Under the pieces are notes generated by a model. That model was not told the DNA's origin, searched no databases, and worked only from the letters and a program-made list of their open reading frames with translations. A stretch of 63,192 nucleotides of DNA, filler included, from Stramenopiles sp. TOSAG23-2 (lineage: Eukaryota): the NCBI GenBank assembly GCA_900128395.1. It is 7 parts of 7 records of this genome, joined end to end, with 100 filler letters (N's around TTAATTAATTAA, not from the genome) between each part and the next. Parts side by side here need not be neighbours in the genome. Positions count along the whole stretch, not along the records: positions 36,097 to 48,007 come from LT649891.1; positions 48,108 to 60,016 come from LT649892.1; 5 more parts are not named here. One strand, 5' to 3'. Of this stretch, positions 46,661-58,035 are shown in pieces. The position numbers were made by a program, and so were the translations under genes. Positions within the stretch are counted from its first letter, which is position 1; the number at the start of each line of letters is the position of its first letter.

Positions 46661-47114
46661 TTTCTTTCTTGTATTAGTTTGTTTTTTTGTGTTAAATACG
46701 ATATTGTTTGTTGCACGTGTATATATAGAGAGAGTTATATATATATGTGTGTGCGTGTATTATTAATTAGTCTGGTGCGTTAAAAGTAGTACTTATAATA
46801 ATATTCCATCATGTATTATTCGTCGTTGCATTTTTTACAAAAGTACCTGTAAAACGACTTCTTTAAGAGTTTTTTTTTCATTAAGACTGCTATTTAGTAC
46901 ATTTTTTGGCATATACTTTTTGTTTCTGCCTATCAGATGGGAGATGTGGAGGATATATGGTTGACGATGCTGCCAAAAGACTGGTTGCACCACTGTGGTG
47001 TAATATAAATTAAGAGAGAGTGTAGAGTCTAGAGTCTTAAACATATTATAATATTTGTGTGTAAAGTGCGAGTTGGTATAAAATATAAATCGTATATATA
47101 TATATAGATACAAA

Positions 47115-47239
47115 NNNNNNNNNNNNNNNNNNNNNNNNNNNNNNNNNNNNNNNNNNNNNNNNNNNNNNNNNNNNNNNNNNNNNNNNNNNNNNNNNNNNNN
47201 NNNNNNNNNNNNNNNNNNNNNNNNNNNNNNNNNNNNNNN
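47115..47239. other. Internal scaffold gap (125 N) at a TA microsatellite
   Basis: N run without linker, flanked by (TA)n. Confidence 0.9.
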
Positions 47240-47269
47240 TATATATAGATACACATACCTATACTTATC

Positions 47270-47734
47270 TTATCTACCTTTAAAAGACAATGGGAAAGAA
47301 GTAGGGTTGTCTCGTTGGTAATTATTATTGTTATTATTATGATTGCCACCGCCGCGGCCGCCACGTCTGCCGTTACTATGTCTTCTACCTCTCCCCCGTG
47401 AATTCATTCTTCCTCGTTGTCTACCACCCCTTCGCCCTCTATTATTTCTATAGTTGTTGTAAAAATTATTTTTATTGTTATTTCTGTTACCATATTTCCT
47501 ATTCAGTTCTTGCAATATGTTTGCTGCCATTATAGCAGTTGTACCGCTCTTTATATCTTTCCACGGATTTCCAAAAATTGAATCTTCATATTCATCAGTC
47601 CGTGTACGTTTTTTATTATTCATTATATTATTTGCATCATTTTTTATTATATGTGAGGTTTCACCTCCTTGTATTATTTCCGCCGTATCGTTCTTATCAT
47701 TCGTACTGTTGCTACTATTTCCGTCGTCCTCCAT
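47270..47734 (-). CDS. Small RGG/Asn-rich protein
   Basis: 154-aa ORF with RGRRGGRQRG...RGGRGGG; no recognisable globular domain. Confidence 0.55.
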   Translation of the reverse strand: MEDDGNSSNSTNDKNDTAEIIQGGETSHIIKNDANNIMNNKKRTRTDEYEDSIFGNPWKDIKSGTTAIMAANILQELNRKYGNRNNNKNNFYNNYRNNRGRRGGRQRGRMNSRGRGRRHSNGRRGGRGGGNHNNNNNNYQRDNPTSFPLSFKGR

Positions 47735-48007
47735 TGTTCTTTCTTGGTAGAATATTGTACGTATCTATTTTTGATATAATCGTACTATTTTTTCTAATTA
47801 TTGTTTTTATAATTTTTATTTTTTTTTATTTTATAGACTATTTATTCTGATTTGCAACTTCTTCTTGCAATAATATTATTATTATTATCCATCATCTCGT
47901 GAGCTCCTCCTTACTCTGGTCCAGAACGCCAACATCCATTATGAATAGTGTTATTTTTTTCATATTTTGACACTTTTTCCACTATTTTAAATAGGATCTT
48001 ACACTTG

Positions 48008-48107
48008 NNNNNNNNNNNNNNNNNNNNNNNNNNNNNNNNNNNNNNNNNNNNTTAATTAATTAANNNNNNNNNNNNNNNNNNNNNNNNNNNNNNNNNNNNN
48101 NNNNNNN
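48008..48107. other. Artificial scaffold linker
   Basis: 44N-TTAATTAATTAA-44N. Confidence 0.97.
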
Positions 48108-48357
48108 GCACACACAGCAGGTGCACAGCACACACAGGTGCATCGAATACCGAATTATTACTCGTAGAATACTGCTCACTTTTTATTAACATTTTATATT
48201 ATATTACATGTACATCTGTACGCACGCACGCACGCTGTTTACAAAAAGTACATACCGGAAGTCAATATATAACAAACCTCATACCGACGGCATTAATTGG
48301 AAATATAGAAACTGCTATTATATCAATTGAAACCTTACAGATATATACAGAGAAATC

Positions 48358-49707
48358 ATGGAAGGTGAACAAGATGCTAGGCTAAGAAGAAGAAGCTTAG
48401 CAGCAAATGCTGCCTTGCGTAGATTGTCAGGTGATAGTAGTAGTATAAATAATACTAGTAATATTAGTAACAATGATACTAATATCAATAATAATATCAA
48501 TAATAATATCAATAATAATAGTAGTAGTAGTAGTAACAGTGATAATAATAATATAAATAAAATTAATAATGGTATATTAGAACGAGTAGATCACTTTGAT
48601 AATGATATAGATGATATTGACGTTCATATAACGAATAATATAAAACCGAAGGGATTAACCTCTAGTAAAAAAACAACTTCTATCACTAAGGAATCTGTGA
48701 TGGATAACTTAACTTGTTCCATATGTTTCCGTTTATTTTATGAACCAATTAGTATAAATTGTGGTCATACATATTGTCGATCTTGCATTGGTAGGGCGTT
48801 ATCAGCAAAAGCTTCACAAGAATGCCCTGTGTGTCGTGCTCCTTTGATGCTTGACACTTCGACTGCGAAGGTTAATATTGTTATACAAAAACTTTTGAAT
48901 AACCATTTTGATGTTGAGTTATTAGAAAGAAAAGAGGAAGAGGAAGAAGATAAAGAAGAAGAAGAGGAAAAATCACTTTTGGTATTTTTTTTACAAGACC
49001 TTGTGGTAATGCCTGGTCAAAAGGTAGTGCTTCGCGTCTTTGAGCCAAGGTATTTGCTACTATGTGAAAGAGTGATGCAAGGAAGTCGTATATTTGGCAT
49101 ACAGCGCTCATCTGGCTCCAGTGTTGGTACAATGATGAAAATAGAATCATTAAGAAATGACGAAAATGTTCGAACAAGAAGAGTATTAATAATTGAATGT
49201 GTAGGGGTAGAACCATATAAACCAGAAGACCTCACTGTTGAAGAAAATACTGGTGGATTGCATCGATGTATTGCTAATTATACTACACCTCCAGCATATG
49301 TTCCAGGACAAGCAGATGAAATTATTTTTGACAATTATAACCGTGCAAATCAAATTTATGAGATGACATCTCCGCGTGAAAAAAACCAAATAATCAATGA
49401 TATTGGTCCATTGCCTGAATTAGGTTCCGATCCGCTTGTATTACTGTTTTGGCTGGCTGCAGCATTGCCGTTACATCCACGAAGGAAAGAAGGTGTATTG
49501 GATAATAGTCTAAGTGTTGAAACTCGGTTTCAAATTTTCAGTGATGTTCTGTTTAACGATGTTAGACCACCTAGATTCAGTACAACACAGAATAACAGTA
49601 TGTTTGCTCGAGCACAAAGTGGATTATTGCAGTCATGTTTAATTTTTAGTGTTGTAATTTTCGGACTGTTGTATTCTTATTTTTATAAGAAAGCCATGTA
49701 TACCTGA
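48358..49707 (+). CDS. RING finger + LON N-terminal domain protein (LONRF-like E3) with C-terminal TM
   Basis: C3HC4 RING (CSIC...CGHTYCRSC...CPVCR); LON-N motif VMPGQKVVLRVFEPRY; hydrophobic tail. Confidence 0.9.
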   Translation: MEGEQDARLRRRSLAANAALRRLSGDSSSINNTSNISNNDTNINNNINNNINNNSSSSSNSDNNNINKINNGILERVDHFDNDIDDIDVHITNNIKPKGLTSSKKTTSITKESVMDNLTCSICFRLFYEPISINCGHTYCRSCIGRALSAKASQECPVCRAPLMLDTSTAKVNIVIQKLLNNHFDVELLERKEEEEEDKEEEEEKSLLVFFLQDLVVMPGQKVVLRVFEPRYLLLCERVMQGSRIFGIQRSSGSSVGTMMKIESLRNDENVRTRRVLIIECVGVEPYKPEDLTVEENTGGLHRCIANYTTPPAYVPGQADEIIFDNYNRANQIYEMTSPREKNQIINDIGPLPELGSDPLVLLFWLAAALPLHPRRKEGVLDNSLSVETRFQIFSDVLFNDVRPPRFSTTQNNSMFARAQSGLLQSCLIFSVVIFGLLYSYFYKKAMYT

Positions 49708-49940
49708 AAAGTTTGTTTAGAAATATCCTTCAATAAAATATGTTTTTATAGTTTTGGCATGTGTGTACTGACTCTGAAACGTACTATATAAAAAATTCTA
49801 ACGTATTATATATATATATATATATTTACACGAGTATATTTATAAAATTTAACATGCAAAACATTTTTTTTCCCACACTCACAACACCAAAATTTAATGC
49901 TCACCTTCTCCATCATCATCACTACTCCTATTTTATTATT

Positions 49941-51581
49941 TTAAATATTTTCTCCATCAGCATCATCATTAACTTTTTCTTCATTATGATGTATTTCTAC
50001 TACTTCTGCATTGGCATGGCAATAAACATTTAAAGGTTGTTTAAATATTACTTGTTTCGCCATTGATATCTTAGATGTACGTGCGCCATAATATTTTGCT
50101 ACCAAAATTCTATTTTTATTTGGCAAATACGAATGATACGTTTTCTTTGGTAATAATGTCATCAAATATATATCTTTATACGTTTTGCTGATATAACCAG
50201 AAACTTCATAACGCCAATAAAATTCTACTGTAGTTCCTCCTGAATTATGAATGACAATAGATACACCACGCCATAAATCAGATGAAACAATTACTGAAAT
50301 CTTATTAGCAAATAAAAAAAACGTATTATCCACATTTTCTACTGGATGATTTAAAATAGAGCCGAGCTTCACATTTCGAGCTATTACAATGTCTCCTTCA
50401 ACAGTTTCAACATATAATCCAGTAACATCCGTATTTCCCGTTCCTTGCTTAGGTGGTGGTATAATATATGTTTTTCGATTGGAACGCATATGAATAAAAA
50501 ACTGTTCCTCGTTTGTCATGCTTGCAATGTAATTAAAAACACAACCGTGGCCATTACGAGGGCCATTCTCCGGTTTCCAAAACTTTACAATATCACTATC
50601 AAAGGAGGAAAAGCATTCATTACTATTTATTTGATAATCTTTCATTCGCATTAAATCCTGTGGTATTAATACCATTTTTTTTTTGGGTCGATATGCTTTT
50701 AAAAATCCTTCTTTTACTAAGAAACCCATATATGCATCAATAGCAATTGTGCAATAAGATTTATGTTCACAAGGTAAAGTAGATAAAATTTTACGGGCAC
50801 TATTTGCATTTAAACAATACCCAGCACCAGAATAAAACATTTTGACTGGCATTAAATGTTTTGAAATTGGTTTTAATGCATTATTAATTTCACATCCACT
50901 TTGATGACAAAACTGGTGTAACAAAAATATATCCCAATCTTTTGGCAATTCTTTATATAACATTGAAAATTCTTTCAAAAAATTTGGCTTTAACGTTACA
51001 TCATCTTCAAAAATACAACCAAATTTCAACTCTCGATTAAGTATTGTATGCATAGCATTGGTATGAGAGATGAATGTAGCAAGATGGCCTGTGTTTATTC
51101 CTATATCATTTACTAAGCGGTTTTTAGCATTATCACTAATTATAGTTAACTTCATAATATTTTCGTGCCTTTTGTCTTGTGTAAATATCTGACTTGCATC
51201 TGTTGCAATAAATTTTTCAACAATGACATTTTCTCTTTTAAATTCTTTAGATACGCATTCCCACCGATCTTTTCTTTTCGCCAAATTAATAATAATAAAT
51301 GCACTTCGTGATGGTAAACCGGTTGGTAATTTTTGGACACGACTATAAAGTGGCTCTAATGAATTCGAGGAAGACGCTCCATCATCAGAATTACTTATTG
51401 TATAAATATATGTAACATAATAATAAACACAAAATGCTATAAAAAAAGATGTGCCTGGAAGTATAAAACATAAACCGCAACGACAACATTTTCTTTTTCG
51501 AAAAGGTCTCCCATCCCTCTTATTTTTCCTACGATTTGCGTGACGGTGCCTCCGCTTGGAAGAGTTTTGAACAAGCTTCAT
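49941..51581 (-). CDS. Glycosyltransferase family 25, type II membrane protein
   Basis: N-terminal TM; motifs IINLAKRKDRW, FISH, IFEDDV, WDIFLL, AGYCLN, IDAYM. Confidence 0.88.
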   Translation of the reverse strand: MKLVQNSSKRRHRHANRRKNKRDGRPFRKRKCCRCGLCFILPGTSFFIAFCVYYYVTYIYTISNSDDGASSSNSLEPLYSRVQKLPTGLPSRSAFIIINLAKRKDRWECVSKEFKRENVIVEKFIATDASQIFTQDKRHENIMKLTIISDNAKNRLVNDIGINTGHLATFISHTNAMHTILNRELKFGCIFEDDVTLKPNFLKEFSMLYKELPKDWDIFLLHQFCHQSGCEINNALKPISKHLMPVKMFYSGAGYCLNANSARKILSTLPCEHKSYCTIAIDAYMGFLVKEGFLKAYRPKKKMVLIPQDLMRMKDYQINSNECFSSFDSDIVKFWKPENGPRNGHGCVFNYIASMTNEEQFFIHMRSNRKTYIIPPPKQGTGNTDVTGLYVETVEGDIVIARNVKLGSILNHPVENVDNTFFLFANKISVIVSSDLWRGVSIVIHNSGGTTVEFYWRYEVSGYISKTYKDIYLMTLLPKKTYHSYLPNKNRILVAKYYGARTSKISMAKQVIFKQPLNVYCHANAEVVEIHHNEEKVNDDADGENI

Positions 51582-51958
51582 GTTGTATTTTGGGTTATGT
51601 CCCTTTGTTGCAGATCGATGTATTGCATTGCCTGGATTGTGAAAAAGAGTTATATATAAAGTTATTTAAAGAGATATTATTATCTTTATTAATTGAATTA
51701 ATTGATTGATTGATGATGTGTGAGTATAGCACAGTAGACTACTCGGTATAGAGGACGATAATATATACACATTGATGATTTAAATAGATTAAAGGTATAG
51801 CTATTATTAGATAGAATAGAGGTACTGTACAAGGTACAAGGTTTACTTTTAGCTTTACTTGATACTGTATAATATTATATAGGAAATTATGCATCAATAT
51901 TATTTACCTGGTATCATAATCTTGGGCTTCCTCCTTATTTTTTTGGATTTTATTGTTG

Positions 51959-54900
51959 CTATTCAAAATCATCTGCATATTCTTTATCAGAATCTTCAAA
52001 ATCATCATCATCATAATCACCATTTTCATTATCATTGAAATAATTTACATCTTCCAAGTCTTCCAAAGCATCATCTTTTTCAAAGTTAGATATCATCTTT
52101 TCCAACCTTTGGATCTCCGCTTCCTCCTTGTTTTTTGGATTTATCATAGCATCGTCACTATCATCATCTTTTAGCTCTAAATTTTCCAATTTTTTTAATT
52201 CTTGTTGCAACATCAGTAATTCTTGTTCATCATCATCTTTCTCTTCGATTACAGTTTCTGCTTTTTTTTTTCCTTCCTTGACTACCATCTTCTTCGTTTT
52301 CTTCTTCTTCTCCTCCTCCTCAATAATATCCATTACTTCTTCTTTTTGTTCACTTTCTACTTTTCTTGTTCGAGCAGAAGAATTTACATGTTTCGAAATA
52401 ACAGTAACAAATTCTTCATATTCAATAATTTGGTTGTCATTTAAACCGATTTCCTTTAAAAAGCTTTTGGCCTGTGATGCTGGTATTCTCATAGCTAGTA
52501 AACATTGTAAAAAATCGTCTTTGTCAACTGTACCTGAACCATCAAAATCAAAAGATTTGAATATTTCATCTAGAGCTTTTTGAATTGCATTCATTTCTGG
52601 TAAATTAGTCATACTTTCATTGTATGTATGTTTTGCATAATGAAGCGCAATTTTTTCAATTGATTGTGTAAATTTATTTACATCAACTTTCGCTACTTGA
52701 ACTTGATTCTCACTTTCAAACTGATCATTATCATAATTTTCCGCTTCGAATGTATCATTACTGCTGGAACTATTACTTTCACTATCGCTACTATCATTAT
52801 GTTTGACACGAAGGTTTCCACCACAAAGATTGATAAAAACAGGATAAGAAATTTTTCCACTTTTTTCTGCTTCAAATCGTCGAAGAATATCATCAATATC
52901 ATTATCACTTAGTTCCAGCCAGGTATCATTTAAAACAGATCGAAATTCCTCTTTTGTAATTAAACCATTGTCATTGAAATCATATCGCTTGAATGCAACT
53001 TCAAAATCTTTTTCACAGTCCATTGATACTGCGCGTGCATAATTTTTTCTTAGTTTTCTAACAGTAGTCATATCACCATTCCATCTGACATCTTGTCTGT
53101 CGTTAAATATGAATCGTAAAAATTCATTGTAATCAACTTCACCATCACCATCATAATCAAAACGTTCGCCAAATATGTTAATTTCACTTTCTGTCAATCC
53201 AGTGCCCCAACGCATCATTGCTTCGCGAAATTCAGTAATGTCAATAGTACCTTCTCCATCTTTATCCATGCCATTAAATAAACTTTGCACATTCTTCAAC
53301 CCGTCATCATTGCTAAAACCATTCATATGATCGCCGTCTTCATTTTCATTGATAATACGCCTCAACGTTTTTCTTACTTTCTCAGCTGCTTGCATGGAAA
53401 TACCCAGATCACTATGTTGTATGCTTGCACTATCCGTACAAAATCTTAAAAATGCACGATAATTAATCGTTCCATTACCATCCTTATCAAATCTACTTAA
53501 CAAGGAATTTTCCACGTCTTTGCTAATTTTAAAATCAATATCATTTAACACTTTTGCAAATTCCCCTCGTGTAACAGTGCCACTTCTGTCATCATCAATA
53601 ATTTCAAATATTTCTCTAAAATCAGATGCATTTCCAGAGTTAATGACCTCAATGAATATTTTTTTTAATTTTGTAGCAGTGGCGGAGACACGAAATTCCA
53701 ACTCAACTTGCTTTTGCCTTTCAGTAAGATTGTTGTTATTTTTCGGGGAAGCGTTATTTTCAATTTCTTCATCAGTTTCTTTCTTATTATCATCGGTATG
53801 TTTTGTATTATTGTTATTACTACTACCACGTGGTTTTGCTGATTCGGGTAATATTTCCGTTCCATAAACAAAATATAACAATTCTCTATAATCTACACTT
53901 TGGTATCCATTCACATCTAATTTATGGACAAACCAATCAATTTGTGCAGCATTAATTTCTTCAACACCTTTCACCATATCGATCGACGTTTTTAAATGTT
54001 CTAAGGAAATTGTACCATTGTTTTCTATTTTACTAGCTTCTTGTGCAAATGAACCTGAAGCAATTGCTTGTTTCAACAATTCTTTCAATTTAGCATCAAG
54101 TTTTTTTTCATCCATTTCAATATTATTGTTATTGTTGCTTAAATGAGTACCTCGAATCATGTTTGGGCTATTCTTCTCAACAAATTGATTATCAAAATTA
54201 TCTTGACTTTGCATAGCAAGCATCAATTTCTTTTCCTCTTCTTCTCGTTGATTTGAAGCTGCAACTTTCATTGCTTCAATAGCTGTCAATCTTACTGGTT
54301 CGCCATTTTTTTTCTCCTTCTTCTTGCTTGTATCTTTTTCATTATTTTCAACTCCAGTTGAAAAGTTGACATTAGTTTGCTGTGAACCCAATGGTGTCCC
54401 AACACTCGTCATATCATGTCCATTTTCTCTTAAACTATTTTCCATTTCCTTTGCAATCGTTTTTCTTCTATCGTCATCTTCTTTCTCCGCTTTCATCGCT
54501 TGGAGTCTATCTTGGCGTCTTTTTTCAGATTGTTGAATGACATCTGATTCCAGTTTACGACGCTTTTCCAACAAAGCTCGTCTTCTATTTAAAACTGCTT
54601 GATGATCCTCGAGATACTCTTTCTCCACCGGGGATTCAACATTATTTCTTGTTGTTGGTGCTTCCTGAGTTTTCATCTTAGATGGCGGGGGCTGTGGCGA
54701 AAATTTTAACTTTTTTGTGGTATTCACTTTACTTGCATTTTGTTTTCTACCTCTTCTTGAATGCCCAATACTCGAAACTGGGCGAGACGTTTGAATATCG
54801 TTAACGTTATTTTTATTATTATTATTATTATTACTACTACTACTAGTAGTAGTAGTAGTAGTATGATGATGAGACTGTTTTAATATTGATGATTTGTTCT

Positions 54901-57322
54901 TCTTCTTTATTTTTTTATTACTACTACTATTACGGATGGAAGAAGAAGTTGTTGCTGTCTTTATTGTATCGTTCATAATATTATCACTTTCGTGCATCAT
55001 AGTGCTATTTACTGTGATTATCATGTTTGTATTTTCTGTAATAGGTTTCCGTTCCGGTGATAATGGCATTTCTAGCTCTTTTTCTTTCATTTCAAGATTT
55101 AATTTCTTATTTTGCAATTGTAAACGACGTACAGTAGCATCCAAAGTCGAAACTTGGGCATTTTGAACCCTCAGTTGCTCTTGTTGAGCACGTACAATAG
55201 CTTCTAATTCTTCGTTTAAATAGTGATTATCACTATTTGTAGCATGGGCATTTTGTGTAGTTCTCAAATCATGTGGATTAAAATTATCAATTGGAGGGTC
55301 CATCAGACAATCCAATAAAATGTTGTAATATATTAACTCATTTGAAATATTTGAGCTTATGTTTAACTCATGAATTAAATTTTGTATATCATTTGGCGAT
55401 ATATTATGATCCAAAGTTTGCAACGATTGCAAAAGTCCATTAACACTAACGAGGGAATTATTTGCAGAAATAGTACTGCCATCAATATTATCATTATTAT
55501 TATTGTCATTTGTTGGCTCTTCGCATATAACAAGTAGTGCCTGTAAATCATCGACTGCTACTGCGTATGGAACCTTTCGTTCTGCAGCGACAGATTGTAA
55601 TGATTGTATAATTTTTGTTAACCACGGTAATGTATTATTGTTTTTTCTATTTGAATTTTTTTTTTTCTTTGAGATTTTTGATGTACGATTTTTTATTCTA
55701 CTAGCGCTATATTGCGTTGATTTTTTCTTTTTCACACCATTTTTTTTATTATTTATACGAGAGGCAAGTGTATCTTGTAATTCATGGACTAGATCCGTCA
55801 AACGCTGATTTTCTTTTAATACATGAGTTCTTTGTACTTTCAGTACACGAATCGTATCTTTAAACTCATTTACATATCCATTTGCATCTCTATCCATTCC
55901 ATTTTCCAAATTATTATTTCCTATTGATGGTGGTGAATTGACTCGGTAATCAAGCATTTCTTTCAAGCGTGTAACTTCCAATTTACATTCTTCTAATTCG
56001 ATTAATGTTTCTTTCAACTTAACACCGCGTTGTTCGCGTTTTAAATCGTGTAATTCCTTGTTTTTTTTCTTAAGATTGTCTGTTAATGCGTACACCTGCC
56101 TTTGTAATCTAGCGACTAATTTTGCATTTGACGTGTCAACAATTGAAGGTGCATTATTATTGTTATTTCCATGGCCACCATTGCCATTATCACCACCAGC
56201 CTCTCTTGTTAATGCAGCTGTAATTGCAGCAGCAGCTTTACCTAATGTCGTTTCAACTTGTTCATCTTTTTTCTTTGCTTGGCGTTCTAAACGTGCAACT
56301 TTTGTTTTCATTAATTTTAATTCCTCCTCTGCTTTTGTAGCAATACGTTTTAATTGTATCAATTTCATATATTGTTCCTCTTTTTCCATTTTATCCCATG
56401 GGCCTTTTCTTTTCCTTCTAGACCTTGGGGTTCTTCCACCACCACTAATGTTATGCATGGATTTAGAACGAGGTGTTCTATTATTAATACCACCACTGTT
56501 GCTATTTCTATGATTATTGTTACTATTAACGTTACTACTGCCACCATATACATGAAGAATTGAACCATTTGCCGTCAATAAACGTGCAGGCATTTCCCCA
56601 ACGCCATATTGACTGCTGATATTATTACTATTATTATTTTCACCTTTTAACCAACTATAACTATCTCCTCGTTGAACTTTTTTATTTTTTCTCTTGTTGT
56701 TATCTCTCGATGGTATACGTGGTTTTGCACTACTTGGACGTTTAAAACGCCGGCGAGTGGTATTAGCTGTGCCAGGACGATGCACTACTCGACGCCTTGA
56801 ACCAACACCGCTATTATTATTAACAGGCGTTGCTGCACGCTTATTACTCGCTTTATTAGAGTTATTACCACGAGCATGTGATGCACTTTTTGGCCTACGC
56901 GACGATTTACCTGGTCGTCTAGGTTGGGTTATGTTACTAATACTTGGTTTTGAACTTGATTGGTCGTTGTTTTTCCTCTTGTAAACTTGCCGTCCGTGAT
57001 TGTTCTCGCCATTGCTCTTGTTATTATTAGTATTATTATTATTTATTTGCTCTAACTTATCGTTTAATATATTTGTACATGTTTTCGTTTTTATATCAAA
57101 TGTCCAACCTTCATTATTTTTACTGGTAAATTCTATTGTATTACCTTCTACATTAAAATGACATGTACGCGCTTTTACAAATAAGTCATCTTGGCCAGAC
57201 CATATGCATTCGCTTGTACTGGTTATAAATAAAGACAAAATACCTTTTCTATCGTTTAATACTGCACGTAATGTTTTATCAGCGGATAAAAATATTTGCT
57301 CTGGGTGATCTGACTCTTCCAT
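51959..57322 (-). CDS. Large coiled-coil, multi-EF-hand protein
   Basis: EF loops DDDRSGTVTRGE, DKDGNGTINY, DKDGEGTIDITE, DYDGDGEVDYNE, DFNDNGLITKEE, DFDGSGTVDKDD; N-terminal coiled coils. Confidence 0.88.
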   Translation of the reverse strand: MEESDHPEQIFLSADKTLRAVLNDRKGILSLFITSTSECIWSGQDDLFVKARTCHFNVEGNTIEFTSKNNEGWTFDIKTKTCTNILNDKLEQINNNNTNNNKSNGENNHGRQVYKRKNNDQSSSKPSISNITQPRRPGKSSRRPKSASHARGNNSNKASNKRAATPVNNNSGVGSRRRVVHRPGTANTTRRRFKRPSSAKPRIPSRDNNKRKNKKVQRGDSYSWLKGENNNSNNISSQYGVGEMPARLLTANGSILHVYGGSSNVNSNNNHRNSNSGGINNRTPRSKSMHNISGGGRTPRSRRKRKGPWDKMEKEEQYMKLIQLKRIATKAEEELKLMKTKVARLERQAKKKDEQVETTLGKAAAAITAALTREAGGDNGNGGHGNNNNNAPSIVDTSNAKLVARLQRQVYALTDNLKKKNKELHDLKREQRGVKLKETLIELEECKLEVTRLKEMLDYRVNSPPSIGNNNLENGMDRDANGYVNEFKDTIRVLKVQRTHVLKENQRLTDLVHELQDTLASRINNKKNGVKKKKSTQYSASRIKNRTSKISKKKKNSNRKNNNTLPWLTKIIQSLQSVAAERKVPYAVAVDDLQALLVICEEPTNDNNNNDNIDGSTISANNSLVSVNGLLQSLQTLDHNISPNDIQNLIHELNISSNISNELIYYNILLDCLMDPPIDNFNPHDLRTTQNAHATNSDNHYLNEELEAIVRAQQEQLRVQNAQVSTLDATVRRLQLQNKKLNLEMKEKELEMPLSPERKPITENTNMIITVNSTMMHESDNIMNDTIKTATTSSSIRNSSSNKKIKKKNKSSILKQSHHHTTTTTTSSSSNNNNNNKNNVNDIQTSRPVSSIGHSRRGRKQNASKVNTTKKLKFSPQPPPSKMKTQEAPTTRNNVESPVEKEYLEDHQAVLNRRRALLEKRRKLESDVIQQSEKRRQDRLQAMKAEKEDDDRRKTIAKEMENSLRENGHDMTSVGTPLGSQQTNVNFSTGVENNEKDTSKKKEKKNGEPVRLTAIEAMKVAASNQREEEEKKLMLAMQSQDNFDNQFVEKNSPNMIRGTHLSNNNNNIEMDEKKLDAKLKELLKQAIASGSFAQEASKIENNGTISLEHLKTSIDMVKGVEEINAAQIDWFVHKLDVNGYQSVDYRELLYFVYGTEILPESAKPRGSSNNNNTKHTDDNKKETDEEIENNASPKNNNNLTERQKQVELEFRVSATATKLKKIFIEVINSGNASDFREIFEIIDDDRSGTVTRGEFAKVLNDIDFKISKDVENSLLSRFDKDGNGTINYRAFLRFCTDSASIQHSDLGISMQAAEKVRKTLRRIINENEDGDHMNGFSNDDGLKNVQSLFNGMDKDGEGTIDITEFREAMMRWGTGLTESEINIFGERFDYDGDGEVDYNEFLRFIFNDRQDVRWNGDMTTVRKLRKNYARAVSMDCEKDFEVAFKRYDFNDNGLITKEEFRSVLNDTWLELSDNDIDDILRRFEAEKSGKISYPVFINLCGGNLRVKHNDSSDSESNSSSSNDTFEAENYDNDQFESENQVQVAKVDVNKFTQSIEKIALHYAKHTYNESMTNLPEMNAIQKALDEIFKSFDFDGSGTVDKDDFLQCLLAMRIPASQAKSFLKEIGLNDNQIIEYEEFVTVISKHVNSSARTRKVESEQKEEVMDIIEEEEKKKKTKKMVVKEGKKKAETVIEEKDDDEQELLMLQQELKKLENLELKDDDSDDAMINPKNKEEAEIQRLEKMISNFEKDDALEDLEDVNYFNDNENGDYDDDDFEDSDKEYADDFE

Positions 57323-58035
57323 TATTATTATTATTATTATTATTATTTATACAACGCACCCACTCCCTCTAATTCTATTTTTACAACAAATATATCTATC
57401 TTTATCTACGCGTATTCCTAAATATGCAATATATATATATTGTGTCTAAACCTACAACAGATTGATGTACGATAATATTTTTTTCACTTCCTCTTCTTCT
57501 ACTTTCTATACTTTCTACTGTGTATATAAATTGTATTTTTTTTCCAACAAATAATCGCAGTTACACTTCTGATTTCCTTGTTGTGATGAATCGGGATAAC
57601 GTTTTATTATCTCTATAGCAGCAACACAGCATCGAGCTTCAATAAACAGAACACAGCATGGAGACGGAAACTGACTGTGCTGATCGTTGGTGATGTTGGT
57701 ATAATACTGTATGTATGTTATTATTATATGTTATTTACTATATATACATCATTGTTTTTTGCAACTATTGATGTGTTGTTACCAAGTATTAGTATGTTGC
57801 TGTTATTTTTTTATAATAATAGCACCAATAATACCACCATGGTATATTATTGTATTAGTACAGTAATTGTGCGCGAAAAATACAATAATAATAAAAATTA
57901 TTACACATTAGTATTCTCTATGGAACGGAAGGAGAATTGAAATAAAGAACAAACTAAACCGAGCAATTCATTCATTATTTGATATAACAGAAGTATCCAT
58001 TTTTTTACATTAGTGATATAAGAGTAGAAGAAACG

